NCBI GenBank assembly: GCA_964586735.1 | Contig: CAZPIN010000125.1 | Coordinates: 563 to 64,562 of the forward strand | Length of the DNA stretch: 64,000 bases | Direction of reading: 5' to 3' | Origin: an uncultured Rhodobacterales bacterium | Lineage (GTDB): Bacteria > Pseudomonadota > Alphaproteobacteria > Rhodobacterales > CAZPXZ01 | In this document: positions 19,174 to 27,871 of the stretch, in pieces | How the letters are laid out: each line of letters begins with the position of its first letter | How positions within the stretch are numbered: the first letter of the stretch is position 1 | Position numbers and translations under genes: made by a program | The notes under the pieces: model-generated | What the model was told of the DNA's origin: nothing | Seen by the model: the letters and a program-made list of their open reading frames with translations, nothing else | Database searches by the model: none

Positions 19174-20232
19174 TCACACTGGCGTCCCGTTTCCCCAGCT
19201 CCCGTTGCCTTTCATCGCCTCATCGATGTTGGGCGCGTCCAGCACCCGGTCCAGCCAGTCGTCGAGCTTCTCCTCAGACGCCGCTAGAAGCTGCGCCTCC
19301 AGATCACTCGGCTCTACGCCGAAACGCTTCCGGACAACGCGCAAGATCGACTCGACTTTGACTTCCGCCCGGCCCTCCGCCCGGACTTCAGCAAGCCGAC
19401 CCGGGGACAGCTGCTCTATCGCTATGTCCATCATCTCTTTACCTCTCTTGTTTCCCAAAGCCTCAAGCGCCAGGCGGCGGCACCGCGCATTGTCCTTCAG
19501 GCCGTTGACGATGTTAACAGCAATCGCCGTGCCTTTCAACTGCAGCTCCTCCATGATGTACCGATAGGCAAAGCCATACAGATCCCGTATCAGACCGTCG
19601 GTAACGTCCTTGCGGTTCTCCAGCCCAATCGCCACCAGCAGCGCCCAGAAATCGGGGTTCGCGTACAGCCTTTCCAAGGGTATCTCTCCCAGCAGAAGCA
19701 AATGCGTCGGCCCCATGCTGAAAAAGCCGCCCTCGAAGCCCATTGCCTTCAGTATCTCCTCGACGGTCGGCGGGACTCTGTCAGCGGCGGGGCCATGTAC
19801 CACCAGCCCCGCCAGCATCAGTATGGTCTTGCCTTCAAACGGGCCCTTCGGCCTGGACAGGTCTTCCGCCGCCAAGGCCGCATTGGCGCTAAGCTGCATC
19901 CGCGCCATCCGCTCGTAGTTGTGCTTGTGCTCCAAGACAGCGGCGAGGACAGCCTCGTCTGAAAGGTCGCCGACGAGGAGACCGTCCAGCTCCCGTCGCC
20001 GGCCGCCTTTGGTGATGACCGTACCGGACAGGAGCCGGACATTGTACAGTCGGCTGACCCGCGCTTTCGCCACCTCGACGATCATCCACATCAGCCCGCA
20101 AATGGACCCGGAGTCGCCGGTTGCGATGCGGAACGACGTGTCGTAGGGATGATGCTCGAAGTCCACCCTGAATGGAGGAGGGGACTCCTCCGGGCCTTGC
20201 GGCGATTCAGCGGGTTGTATTCTGATGGTCAT
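19174..20232 (-). CDS. Rpn/YhgA-like PD-(D/E)XK nuclease family protein with DUF4351-like C-terminal domain (paralog A)
   Basis: N-terminal 'HHPYDTSFRI' resembles the Rpn 'HDxxFK' motif. 'RELDGLLVGD...AAVLEHKHNYERMARMQL' resembles the Rpn 'D...hhhEhQS' nuclease core, with K in place of Q. The C-terminal 'RAEGRAEVKVESILRVVRKRFGVEPSDLEAQLLAASEEKLDDWLDRVL' has the DUF4351 pattern. Confidence 0.7.
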   Translation of the reverse strand: MTIRIQPAESPQGPEESPPPFRVDFEHHPYDTSFRIATGDSGSICGLMWMIVEVAKARVSRLYNVRLLSGTVITKGGRRRELDGLLVGDLSDEAVLAAVLEHKHNYERMARMQLSANAALAAEDLSRPKGPFEGKTILMLAGLVVHGPAADRVPPTVEEILKAMGFEGGFFSMGPTHLLLLGEIPLERLYANPDFWALLVAIGLENRKDVTDGLIRDLYGFAYRYIMEELQLKGTAIAVNIVNGLKDNARCRRLALEALGNKRGKEMMDIAIEQLSPGRLAEVRAEGRAEVKVESILRVVRKRFGVEPSDLEAQLLAASEEKLDDWLDRVLDAPNIDEAMKGNGSWGNGTPV

Positions 20233-20235
20233 TGG

Positions 20236-20604
20236 GAGTCTCCTCGTCCGGCTGCGAATCGGCGGAGTGCCGACTCTGGCAGCGAGGCAAATCTTCGTAC
20301 AGCTTCTGAGTCGATGTCAAATCGCGGCTAGAAAATTTTCACTAACACCTTGCCGGCAAAGGGCAAACTGCCGCAGCGCGTTGTTTTTAAGACCGTCTAA
20401 AAAGAGCGCCGAAACGGCACCTTCCCCGATTCGCGGGTGGAGGGTGCGAGGTGATTCGCTGCTGCCCGCGAGGCGATTCGCCGCCGCCCGGAGTGATTCG
20501 CCAAGGGTGATTCGCTGCTGGCCTGTGTCCATGGCGCGAGGTGATTCGCCGCTGCCCGAGGGGTGATTCGCTCGCCACCCGCAATCCTTCGCAGAGCGAT
20601 TCGC
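20236..20604 (+). repeat. Intergenic GANTC-dense region. Its core holds 8 same-strand copies of GATTCGC within degenerate ~22-bp units (gag-gtGATTCGCyGCTGCCCG)
   Basis: GATTCGC starts at 20428, 20453, 20475, 20495, 20509, 20543, 20565 and 20598. Additional GANTC sites lie at 20236 (GAGTC), 20256 (GAATC), 20272 (GACTC) and 20308 (GAGTC). Confidence 0.85.
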
Positions 20605-20685
20605 CGCTGTCAAGGGGCACCCCGCCCCCGGCTCCGGTCGCCAGAGCGTACCAGTCTGCCTGCTGCCGTTTCGTACAAATTGAAG

Positions 20686-20708
20686 GCCGTCGCGGCGGCG
20701 GCTTTTTT
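20686..20708 (+). terminator. Candidate intrinsic terminator (7-bp GC stem, 3-nt loop, T6)
   Basis: 'GCCGTCG-CGG-CGGCGGC' is followed by 'TTTTTT'. It is plus-strand oriented only, and no annotated plus-strand gene lies upstream of it. Confidence 0.4.
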
Positions 20709-21050
20709 GCCTCGGTCAGGGTACGGAGGTCCGTCGACGGAGCGGCATCCCATCAGCGTCGCGGGCACGGGCGCCGACGCGGAGTCCGAAACCACCATGC
20801 TGGAGTCCGTCCGCCAGCTGCATCGCAGCGGCTGGCAGGCGATGGTTCAGCCTAGCCGGGAAATTTCCCGCTGCTCCGCCGCCGCTGCGCTTAGCGACTG
20901 TGAGCCGTGATTCTCTCGGGACTGCGCAGCGTACAGAAGCCGTCTGAAGCCGCGGCAGCTGACCGCCGCCGCACTGGCCGTACTGACGGAGACGGCACCT
21001 CGGCGGCTGCGGCAGCCCGACTGCCTGCCATTGCCGCCGCACGGGGCGGG

Positions 21051-21079
21051 TTGACGTTCCTGCCGTTGTTTGCCATATT
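21051..21079 (+). promoter_or_regulatory. Candidate sigma70-type promoter of rpsB-tsf
   Basis: TTGACG-N17-CATATT, about 110 nt upstream of the rpsB start. Confidence 0.35.
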
Positions 21080-21189
21080 GCCTCCATTCCACACGCAGGC
21101 AACGGGACGGCTGCGCCTGCGCCGCCGTCCCTCCGGTTGTCCGGCCGCTGGCCGGATCGCGCCTGCGGAGGCAGAAACCGGAGGGTAAC

Positions 21190-22812
21190 TTGAACATTCC
21201 GCATTTCACCATGCGCCAGCTGCTGGAGGCTGGCGTGCATTTCGGCCATCGCACCGACCGCTGGAACCCCAAGATGGCCCAGTACATCTACGGGGCGCGA
21301 GGCGGCATCCACATCATCGACCTGACCCAGACCGTGCCTCTGCTGCACCAGGCGCTGGTGGCCATCCACCAGTGCGTGGCCAAGGGCGGCCGGCTGCTGA
21401 TGGTTGCCACCAAGCCCCAGGCTCGGGAGCCCATCCGTCAGGCGGCGGTGAGCGGCCAGCAGTTTTACATCAACAACCGCTGGCTGGGCGGCACGCTGAC
21501 CAACTGGAAGACCGTCTCGGCCTCGATCAACCGGCTGGTCGACCTGGAGAAGACGCTCGACAACCACGAGGCGGGGTTTTCCAAGAAGGAGCGCCTGCAG
21601 CTGGAGCGGCAGCGCGACAAGGTGGAGCTGGCCCTTGGCGGCATCCGCAACATGGGCACGCTGCCGGACATGCTGTTCGTGGTCGACGTCAACGAGAAGC
21701 GCATCGCCGTGGCGGAGGCTCGCAAGATCGGCATACCGGTGGTGGCCATCGTCGACACCAACTCCGACCCCACCGGCATCGACTACCCCATTCCCGGCAA
21801 CGACGACGCCACGCGGGCGGTAAGCCTGTACTGCGACCTCATCCTTGGCACGCTGATCGACGCTCTCGAAGTGCAGCTTGGCAGCCAGATGGAGGATCCT
21901 GGCGAGGCCAACGCGCCGGCGGGCGAGGCGGCGCTGAAGGAGGCGGCGGCTTCGGCTGGCGCCGATTCGCCGGCTGCCGCGGAGGAGGCTGTTGCCCAGT
22001 CGGCGGCTTCTCCGGTCGCGACGGCCGCTGTCGGCGCCGCGTCTCCACCAGCCGCGCCCGAGGTGTCTGCCGCCGCCGCAGCCGTGTCGCCGGTCGCGCC
22101 CGCTCCAGCGGATGCGCCCGCGCAGTTTGCGGCTGAGCCGGTTTCTGCTCCCGCGCCTGCAGCGCCTGTCGCATCGCCACCTGCAGTGGAGGCTCCAGCG
22201 GCCCCATCTCCCGCAGCGTCTCCAGCGGCCGAAGTCCCCGCGGCTGCGCCGCCAGCGGTTGAGCCGCCCCCGGCTCCCGCGCCTGCAGCGCCTGTCGCAT
22301 CGCCAACTGCAGTGGAGGATCCGGCGACCCCATCTCCCGCAGCGTCTCAAGCGGCCGAAGTTCCCGCGGCTGCGCCGCCAGCGGTTGAGCTGGTACCAGC
22401 CCCCGCGCCAGAAGCGCCCGTCACATCGCCACCCGCAGTGGAAGCCCCAGCGGTCCCATTTCACGCAGCGTCTCCAGCGGCCGAAGTCCCCGTGGCTGCG
22501 CCGCCAATGGTCGAGGCGGTACCAGCCTCCACGCCGGAAATGCCTTCCGCCGCACCGTCGACAGTGGAGGCTCCGGTGGTTCCATCTCCCGATTCGTCTA
22601 CTGCAGTTGAGGTTCCAGCGGCTCCATCTCCCTCTCCGTCTCCTGTGGTCGAAACCCCCGTGGCAGCGCCGCCAGCGGTGGAGTCCCAGTCGGCCACAGC
22701 GCCCGTCGGCGGCGTCGCGGACCCTGTGCAGTCGCCAGCCGCCGCGCCCGCTGCAGAGGAGGCGGCGCCGTCGCCAGCAACGGACGGCACCGCCGGGGAG
22801 GCATCCCAGTGA
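21190..22812 (+). CDS. rpsB: 30S ribosomal protein S2 with a ~290-aa Ala/Pro-rich repetitive C-terminal extension
   Basis: '[24 protein letters not shown]...' is the canonical S2 core. The start is TTG at 21190 after RBS 'ggaggg', or ATG at 21211. The tail begins near aa 260. Confidence 0.9.
   Translation: MNIPHFTMRQLLEAGVHFGHRTDRWNPKMAQYIYGARGGIHIIDLTQTVPLLHQALVAIHQCVAKGGRLLMVATKPQAREPIRQAAVSGQQFYINNRWLGGTLTNWKTVSASINRLVDLEKTLDNHEAGFSKKERLQLERQRDKVELALGGIRNMGTLPDMLFVVDVNEKRIAVAEARKIGIPVVAIVDTNSDPTGIDYPIPGNDDATRAVSLYCDLILGTLIDALEVQLGSQMEDPGEANAPAGEAALKEAAASAGADSPAAAEEAVAQSAASPVATAAVGAASPPAAPEVSAAAAAVSPVAPAPADAPAQFAAEPVSAPAPAAPVASPPAVEAPAAPSPAASPAAEVPAAAPPAVEPPPAPAPAAPVASPTAVEDPATPSPAASQAAEVPAAAPPAVELVPAPAPEAPVTSPPAVEAPAVPFHAASPAAEVPVAAPPMVEAVPASTPEMPSAAPSTVEAPVVPSPDSSTAVEVPAAPSPSPSPVVETPVAAPPAVESQSATAPVGGVADPVQSPAAAPAAEEAAPSPATDGTAGEASQ
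22147..22690 (+). repeat. 126-bp (42-codon) tandem repeat, ~4 copies, inside the rpsB tail
   Basis: The string 'gctcccgcgcctgcagcgcctgtcgcatcgcca' recurs at 22147 and 22273. Diverged copies begin near 22399 and 22525. The peptide unit is '[38 protein letters not shown]..'. Confidence 0.85.
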
Positions 22813-23720
22813 GCGTGCCCGCTACGCTGGTCAAGGAGCTGCGCGACCGCACCTCCGCCGGCATCCTCGACTGCCGCAAGGCGCTCGAAGCCTGCGAAGG
22901 CGACATCTCCGCCGCCGTCGACTGGCTGCGCAAGAAGGGGCTTTCGGATGCCGCCCGCAAAACCGGGCGTATCGCCGCCGAGGGCATGGTGGGCATCGCC
23001 GCCAGCGACGACCTTGCGGCCATGGTCGAAGTCAACTCCGAAACCGACTTCGTCGCCCGCAGCGAGGGATTCCAGAAGCTGGTTGGCGATATTGCCGCCG
23101 CCGCGCTGGAGGTGGGCAAGGAGGACCTTGAGTCGCTGCTGGCCGCGCAGGTCGGCGGCAAGGCGGTTAGCGATCTGGTGCAGGAAGCAAGCGCCAGCGT
23201 CGGCGAGCATCTGGCGCTGCGCCGCGTAGCCTGCCTGTCCGCCCAGGGCGGATGCCTCGCGACCTACATCCACAACCGCGTCGGACCGCAGATGGGAAGC
23301 ATCGGCGTGCTGGTGGCGCTGGACCCGGGCGGCCACGGCCGCGAGGAGGCCATGAATTTCGCCCGCCAGGTTGCCATGCATGTGGCTGCGAGCCGGCCGC
23401 TCGCCTTGGACGAGGGGGACCTTGACCCCGACGCGCTGGCGCGCGAGCGGACGGTGCTGGAGGAGCAGGCCCGGGAGTCCGGACGCCCGCCGGAGGTCAT
23501 CGAGAAGATGGTCGAGGGGCGGATGCGGAAATTTATCGGTGAAAGCTGCCTGCTCAAGCAGCCGTTTGCCATCGAGCCTAAAATTTCCGTGGCCGAGGCG
23601 CTGGCCAAGGCGGGCGAATCGATGCGAATCGCCGGCTTCCGCCGCTTCCAGACGGGGGAGGGCATGGAGACGCGGCAGGAGGACTTCGCCGAGGAGGTAC
23701 GCAAGGCGGCCGGAGGCTGA
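22809..23720 (+). CDS. tsf: Elongation factor Ts
   Basis: '[38 protein letters not shown]'. The GTG start overlaps the rpsB stop. Confidence 0.97.
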   Translation: MSVPATLVKELRDRTSAGILDCRKALEACEGDISAAVDWLRKKGLSDAARKTGRIAAEGMVGIAASDDLAAMVEVNSETDFVARSEGFQKLVGDIAAAALEVGKEDLESLLAAQVGGKAVSDLVQEASASVGEHLALRRVACLSAQGGCLATYIHNRVGPQMGSIGVLVALDPGGHGREEAMNFARQVAMHVAASRPLALDEGDLDPDALARERTVLEEQARESGRPPEVIEKMVEGRMRKFIGESCLLKQPFAIEPKISVAEALAKAGESMRIAGFRRFQTGEGMETRQEDFAEEVRKAAGG

Positions 23721-23737
23721 CCGCGCGCAAAGCTGGC

Positions 23738-24472
23738 ATGGAAGACGCTCAAGCGACACCGGTGGCCGAAGGCCGAATCCTGCTGAAGATCTCCGGCGAA
23801 GCGCTGATGGGCGACCGGGAATTCGGCATCTGCGCCGAGGCCGCCAGCCAGCTTGCCGAGGACATCTGCGAGGTGCGCGAACGGGACCGCCAGCTGTGCC
23901 TTGTCATCGGCGGCGGCAACATTTTCCGCGGGCTCTCGGCTGCGGGGCAGGGCGTCGACCGGGTCGCGGCCGACCAGATGGGCATGCTTGCGACCGTCAT
24001 GAACGCCCTCGCAGTGCAGAGCGCCCTAGAAAAGCGGGACGCGCCGACGCGGGTGCTGTCGGGCATACCGATGACCACCATCTGCGAGCCCTACATCAAG
24101 CGTCGCGCCGTACGGCATCTGGAAAGGGACAGAATCGTGATCTGCGCCGCCGGTACCGGCAACCCGTACTTCACCACGGACACGGCGGCAGTGCTGCGGG
24201 CGCTGGAGACCGGATGCGAGGCTCTGTACAAGGGAACCACCGTCGACGGGGTGTATGACTCCGACCCCAAGGCCAACGTCGACGCCAAGCGCTACGAGTC
24301 GGTTACCTACACGGAAATCCTGTCCCGCCACCTAAGGGTCATGGACTCCGCGGCGATTGCGCTGGCGCGCGACAACCGGCTTCCCATCAACGTGTTCGCC
24401 ATTGGCCGCGAACGCGCTCTTTCAAGCGTGCTGGACGGTAGCGCGCCCTGCACCAGTGTAACTGCCGGCTAG
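23738..24472 (+). CDS. pyrH: UMP kinase
   Basis: 'RILLKISGEALMG' and 'LVIGGGNIFRG'. Confidence 0.97.
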   Translation: MEDAQATPVAEGRILLKISGEALMGDREFGICAEAASQLAEDICEVRERDRQLCLVIGGGNIFRGLSAAGQGVDRVAADQMGMLATVMNALAVQSALEKRDAPTRVLSGIPMTTICEPYIKRRAVRHLERDRIVICAAGTGNPYFTTDTAAVLRALETGCEALYKGTTVDGVYDSDPKANVDAKRYESVTYTEILSRHLRVMDSAAIALARDNRLPINVFAIGRERALSSVLDGSAPCTSVTAG

Positions 24473-24499
24473 GCTGGCAACCATGGGAGGAACTGCACC

Positions 24500-25057
24500 A
24501 TGGACGAGGAACCGGATGTTGACGGCCTGAAGAGCCGCATGGACAAGAGCGTCGCCGGACTGCGGCGAGAATTCGCCGGACTGCGTACTGGCAGGGCCTC
24601 CGCCTCCATGCTCGACGCTGTGGTGGTCGACGCCTACGGGGCCAAGATGCCCATCCAGCAGCTGGCCACCATTAACGTCCCCGAGCCCAGAATGATTCTG
24701 GTCAGCGTCTGGGACCGCTCCGTGGTGGGGGCCGTGGAAGACGCGATCCGCAAGTCCAACCTGGGCATCAATCCGGTGGTGGACGGTACCGCCATCCGCC
24801 TGCCGATTCCCGAGCTCAACGAGGAGCGCCGGCGTGAGATCGTCAAGGTCGCCGGCGGTTTCGCCGAGCAGGCCCGCGTAGCCATCCGCAACGTCCGCCG
24901 CGACGGTATGGAAGAAGTAAAGAAGCTCAAGGGCAAGGGCATGTCCGAGGACGACCAGCGCCTCTGGCAGACGGAGATTCAGGAGCTGACCGACGCCCAT
25001 ATCGGCCAGGTCGACGAGGCGCTGGCGGCGAAGGAAGCGGAAATTCTGAAGGTATGA
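24500..25057 (+). CDS. frr: Ribosome recycling factor
   Basis: '[12 protein letters not shown]', '[18 protein letters not shown]'. Confidence 0.97.
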   Translation: MDEEPDVDGLKSRMDKSVAGLRREFAGLRTGRASASMLDAVVVDAYGAKMPIQQLATINVPEPRMILVSVWDRSVVGAVEDAIRKSNLGINPVVDGTAIRLPIPELNEERRREIVKVAGGFAEQARVAIRNVRRDGMEEVKKLKGKGMSEDDQRLWQTEIQELTDAHIGQVDEALAAKEAEILKV

Positions 25058-25773
25058 CCGGAGCGGAGAACGGGAGGGTGCCGCCGCGGCATATCGCCGT
25101 GATCATGGATGGCAATGGCCGCTGGGCGGCCGCGCGCGGCCTGCCGCGGGCGGACGGCCACCGCGAAGGAGCCGAGGCCGCCTATCGCGCTATACAGGGC
25201 TGCCTTGACCGAGGTGTGCGCTACCTGACCCTGTTCGCCTTTTCCACAGAAAACTGGAGCCGTCCCCGCGGCGAGATTCACGAGCTCATGGGACTCTTCT
25301 GCTCCCGCCTGCTGTCGCTGGAAGAGCGGCTGCCGGTCGGCGCGCGGGTGCGGTTCGTGGGGCGGCTCGATGCCCTGGGGCCGCGGCTGCGCGGCCTGAT
25401 CGCCGATGCCGAGCGCGGCGGCGGAGACGATGAGCGCCTGCTGGTCAGCGTCGCCATCAACTACGGCAGCCGCGCCGAAATCGTCGACGCCGCCCAGCGG
25501 CTTGCAGCCCGTGTCTCCAGCGGCGATCTGGATCCCGGGCGAATCTCCGAGGAGGAGTTCGAGAGCGAGCTGATGTTCAGGGGCGTTCCCGACCCGGATC
25601 TGGTGGTGCGCACCGCCGGCGAAAAGCGGCTGTCCAACTTCCTGCTCTGGCAGAGCGCCTACGCGGAGCTCATGTTCCTCGACATTTTCTGGCCCGACTT
25701 TGGCGAGGAGGCTCTGGACGGCGTGCTGGCCGAGTACGCGGCGCGGGAGCGCCGCTTCGGGGCCGTTGCCTGA
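25054..25773 (+). CDS. uppS: Undecaprenyl-diphosphate synthase (cis-prenyltransferase)
   Basis: '[13 protein letters not shown]', '[14 protein letters not shown]', '[15 protein letters not shown]'. Confidence 0.95.
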   Translation: MTGAENGRVPPRHIAVIMDGNGRWAAARGLPRADGHREGAEAAYRAIQGCLDRGVRYLTLFAFSTENWSRPRGEIHELMGLFCSRLLSLEERLPVGARVRFVGRLDALGPRLRGLIADAERGGGDDERLLVSVAINYGSRAEIVDAAQRLAARVSSGDLDPGRISEEEFESELMFRGVPDPDLVVRTAGEKRLSNFLLWQSAYAELMFLDIFWPDFGEEALDGVLAEYAARERRFGAVA

Positions 25774-25810
25774 CATGAGGGGTGCCTGACATGAGGGGTG
25801 CCTGACATGG
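25767..25810 (+). repeat. 16-bp tandem repeat (TGCCTGACATGAGGGG x2.75) spanning the uppS stop and the cdsA start
   Basis: Units lie at 25767-25782, 25783-25798 and 25799-25810 (partial). Confidence 0.9.
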
Positions 25811-26619
25811 CCAGCGATTTAGCCAGACGTACCGCTTCCGGCGGGCTTCTGGGCCTGCTGGGACTGGGGGCCGTGTCGGTGGGAGGTCCCTGGCTGGTGG
25901 CCGTTGCCGCCCTTGCCGCCGCCGCGATGGCCATGGAATGGCGCCGCCTTCTCCATCCCGGCGGGGACCTCTGGCAGGGGGCGGGTTTCGCTCTGGGATG
26001 CGCTTCGGTTCCTTTTGCCGCGGCCGCATTTGGGGCGGTTGCCCTGGTACCCGCCGCTGCGCTGGCGGCCGTCTTGGGGTTTGCCGATGGCTCCGCCGTA
26101 CAGGCCCGCGCGGCGCCTCTGCTTCTGGCGGGCGCGATAGTTGCGGGCGGGGCGCCAGCTGCGCTTGTGGATCTTCGCTCGGTCGCCGGCGCTGGCCTTG
26201 GCATCGCGCTTTGGATATGCGTTGCGGTGGTGGCAACCGACGTGGCGGCCTACGCGGGCGGACGGATCATGGGCGGCCGCAAACTGGCCCCGCGCATCAG
26301 CCCGGGCAAGACCTGGGCTGGCCTTTGGGCCGGCCTTTTGGCCGGAGCCGCGCTTGGCGCGGCGGCGCATGCGTTCCTATTCCCCGAAGCCAGCCGAATC
26401 GCCGGAGTGGCGTCCTCGGCCGCGGTTGCGGCTGTTGCCGTGCTTGGCGACTTGGGCGAGTCGGCGCTCAAGCGGCGGGCGGGCGCCAAGGACTCCGGCC
26501 AGCTGATACCGGGCCACGGCGGCGCGCTGGACCGGTTCGATTCCCTGGCGGCGGCGCTTTTGGCCATCTGGGCGGCGCAGCCGGCGCACGCGTGGATATT
26601 TGGCGCGGAGGCAGGCTGA
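25798..26619 (+). CDS. cdsA: Phosphatidate cytidylyltransferase
   Basis: A multi-TM protein with the C-terminal signature 'SALKRRAGAKDSGQLIPGHGGALDRFDS'. The ATG at 25807 is the more likely start than the GTG at 25798. Confidence 0.9.
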   Translation: MPDMASDLARRTASGGLLGLLGLGAVSVGGPWLVAVAALAAAAMAMEWRRLLHPGGDLWQGAGFALGCASVPFAAAAFGAVALVPAAALAAVLGFADGSAVQARAAPLLLAGAIVAGGAPAALVDLRSVAGAGLGIALWICVAVVATDVAAYAGGRIMGGRKLAPRISPGKTWAGLWAGLLAGAALGAAAHAFLFPEASRIAGVASSAAVAAVAVLGDLGESALKRRAGAKDSGQLIPGHGGALDRFDSLAAALLAIWAAQPAHAWIFGAEAG

Positions 26620-27779
26620 TGCGCATAACCATTCTTGGCTCCACGGGCTCGGTTGGGCGCCAGGCCCTTCAGGCGCTGGAGGTCTGCGGCGTCGAGTTCG
26701 AGGCGGTGGCCCTGACCGGCTACGGCAATGCCGCTCTTCTTGCCGAGCAGGCGCTGGCGCTGCGTCCGCAGGTTGCCGCCATTGGTGATCCGGCGCAGGG
26801 GGGGGAGCTGGCGCGGCGGCTGGAGGGAAGCGGCATTGAAGCGGCGGTCGGGCGCGAGTCGGTGGTCGCAGCGGCGGGTCGCGGCGCGGACCTGTGCGTC
26901 GCCGCCATCGTCGGCTTGGAGGGGCTGGAGCCAACCGTCGCCGCGCTGGATTCCTGCCACACCCTTGCGCTGGCCAACAAGGAGTGCCTGGTGGCGGCGG
27001 GCGAGCTGTTCATGGCTCGGGCGGCGAAGGCGGGGGTCAGCGTCGTCGCCCTCGACTCCGAGCACGCGGCTATCAGCGAGCTGCTCGCGGCCCACGGCCG
27101 CGACCGCCTGCTGCGGGTGGTGATTACCGCCTCCGGCGGTCCTTTTCGCGGCTGGAGCCTGGAGGACATGGCGGACGTTACGTTCGAGGAGGCCGCCCGC
27201 CATCCAAAATGGGACATGGGCGACCGCATCAGCGTCGCCTCGGCGTCGATGTTCAACAAGGCGGCTGAGATCATTGAGGCGCACCATCTCTTCGGCCTCG
27301 AGTCCCGCCAGATCGAGGTACTCGTTCATCCCCAGTGCCTGACGCACGGCCTGGCCGAATACGCGGGTGGGCAGATCTACGCGCAGCTTGCCCCCACCAG
27401 CATGGCGGCCGTCATTGCCAACGCCCTTGACTGGCGCTTCGCTGAGGATGACCTGCCCCGCCTGCCGCTGGCTGACCTGACGCGTCTCGACTTCGATCCT
27501 CCGGACGAGGCCCGATTTCCAGCGATTCGCCTGGCGCGGCAGGCGCTGGCGGCGGGCGGCACGGCGGGATGCGTGTTCAACGCGGCGCACGAGTGCGCCT
27601 TGGAGGCTTTCATCGCCGGGCGCCTCGGTTTTCTCAACATGGCGGCGGTTGTCGAGGAGGCCATGGAGCGCTTCCCCGCCGCCGAGGCTTTCGCCAGTTT
27701 CGAGGAGGTCCGCGAAACCGCGCGCTCCGTCCACAGTCTGGCTGATGGCCTTGTCGCCGCCCGATTGGCGAATATCTAA
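26619..27779 (+). CDS. dxr: 1-deoxy-D-xylulose-5-phosphate reductoisomerase
   Basis: 'MRITILGSTGSVGRQAL' and 'LANKECLV'. It has an ATGA overlap with cdsA. The track ORF from 25938 is over-extended. Confidence 0.95.
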   Translation: MRITILGSTGSVGRQALQALEVCGVEFEAVALTGYGNAALLAEQALALRPQVAAIGDPAQGGELARRLEGSGIEAAVGRESVVAAAGRGADLCVAAIVGLEGLEPTVAALDSCHTLALANKECLVAAGELFMARAAKAGVSVVALDSEHAAISELLAAHGRDRLLRVVITASGGPFRGWSLEDMADVTFEEAARHPKWDMGDRISVASASMFNKAAEIIEAHHLFGLESRQIEVLVHPQCLTHGLAEYAGGQIYAQLAPTSMAAVIANALDWRFAEDDLPRLPLADLTRLDFDPPDEARFPAIRLARQALAAGGTAGCVFNAAHECALEAFIAGRLGFLNMAAVVEEAMERFPAAEAFASFEEVRETARSVHSLADGLVAARLANI

Positions 27780-27871
27780 GCGGGGGCGAGTCGCGACGTG
27801 GCCACATTCGTTTCTATGTTGCGCAGTGGCGGCAGCCCGCATACCACCGGTCAGGAGGCCTGATTCGAGCA

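Noticed and set aside
20428-20604. Possibility that the GATTCGC repeat array is a CRISPR array.
   Set aside because: The conserved core is only 7-20 bp, the spacings are irregular (14-34 bp), and there are no unique spacers of protospacer length. No cas genes are present in the window.
20716-22464. A 582-aa minus-strand ORF, along with similar very long ORFs at 42641..44476(+), 55036..57120(-), 55704..57989(+), 57869..59785(-), 62044..63936(-), 34213..35721(-), 2843..3988(-), 16788..18701(-), 50162..51679(+) and 51680..53419(+).
   Set aside because: All lie antisense to, or in alternate frames of, confidently identified conserved genes (rpsB, moaC/trpC, ligA, the ABC genes, lpxB, ilvC, korA, ppiD, gyrA). 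Their translations are Arg/Gly/Pro/Ala-rich low-complexity sequence, typical of stop-codon-poor frames in high-GC DNA.
25938-26618. The upstream part of the 613-aa track ORF that contains dxr.
   Set aside because: It overlaps cdsA out of frame. Dxr begins at 'MRITILGSTGSVG' (ATG at 26619) with an ATGA overlap on the cdsA stop.
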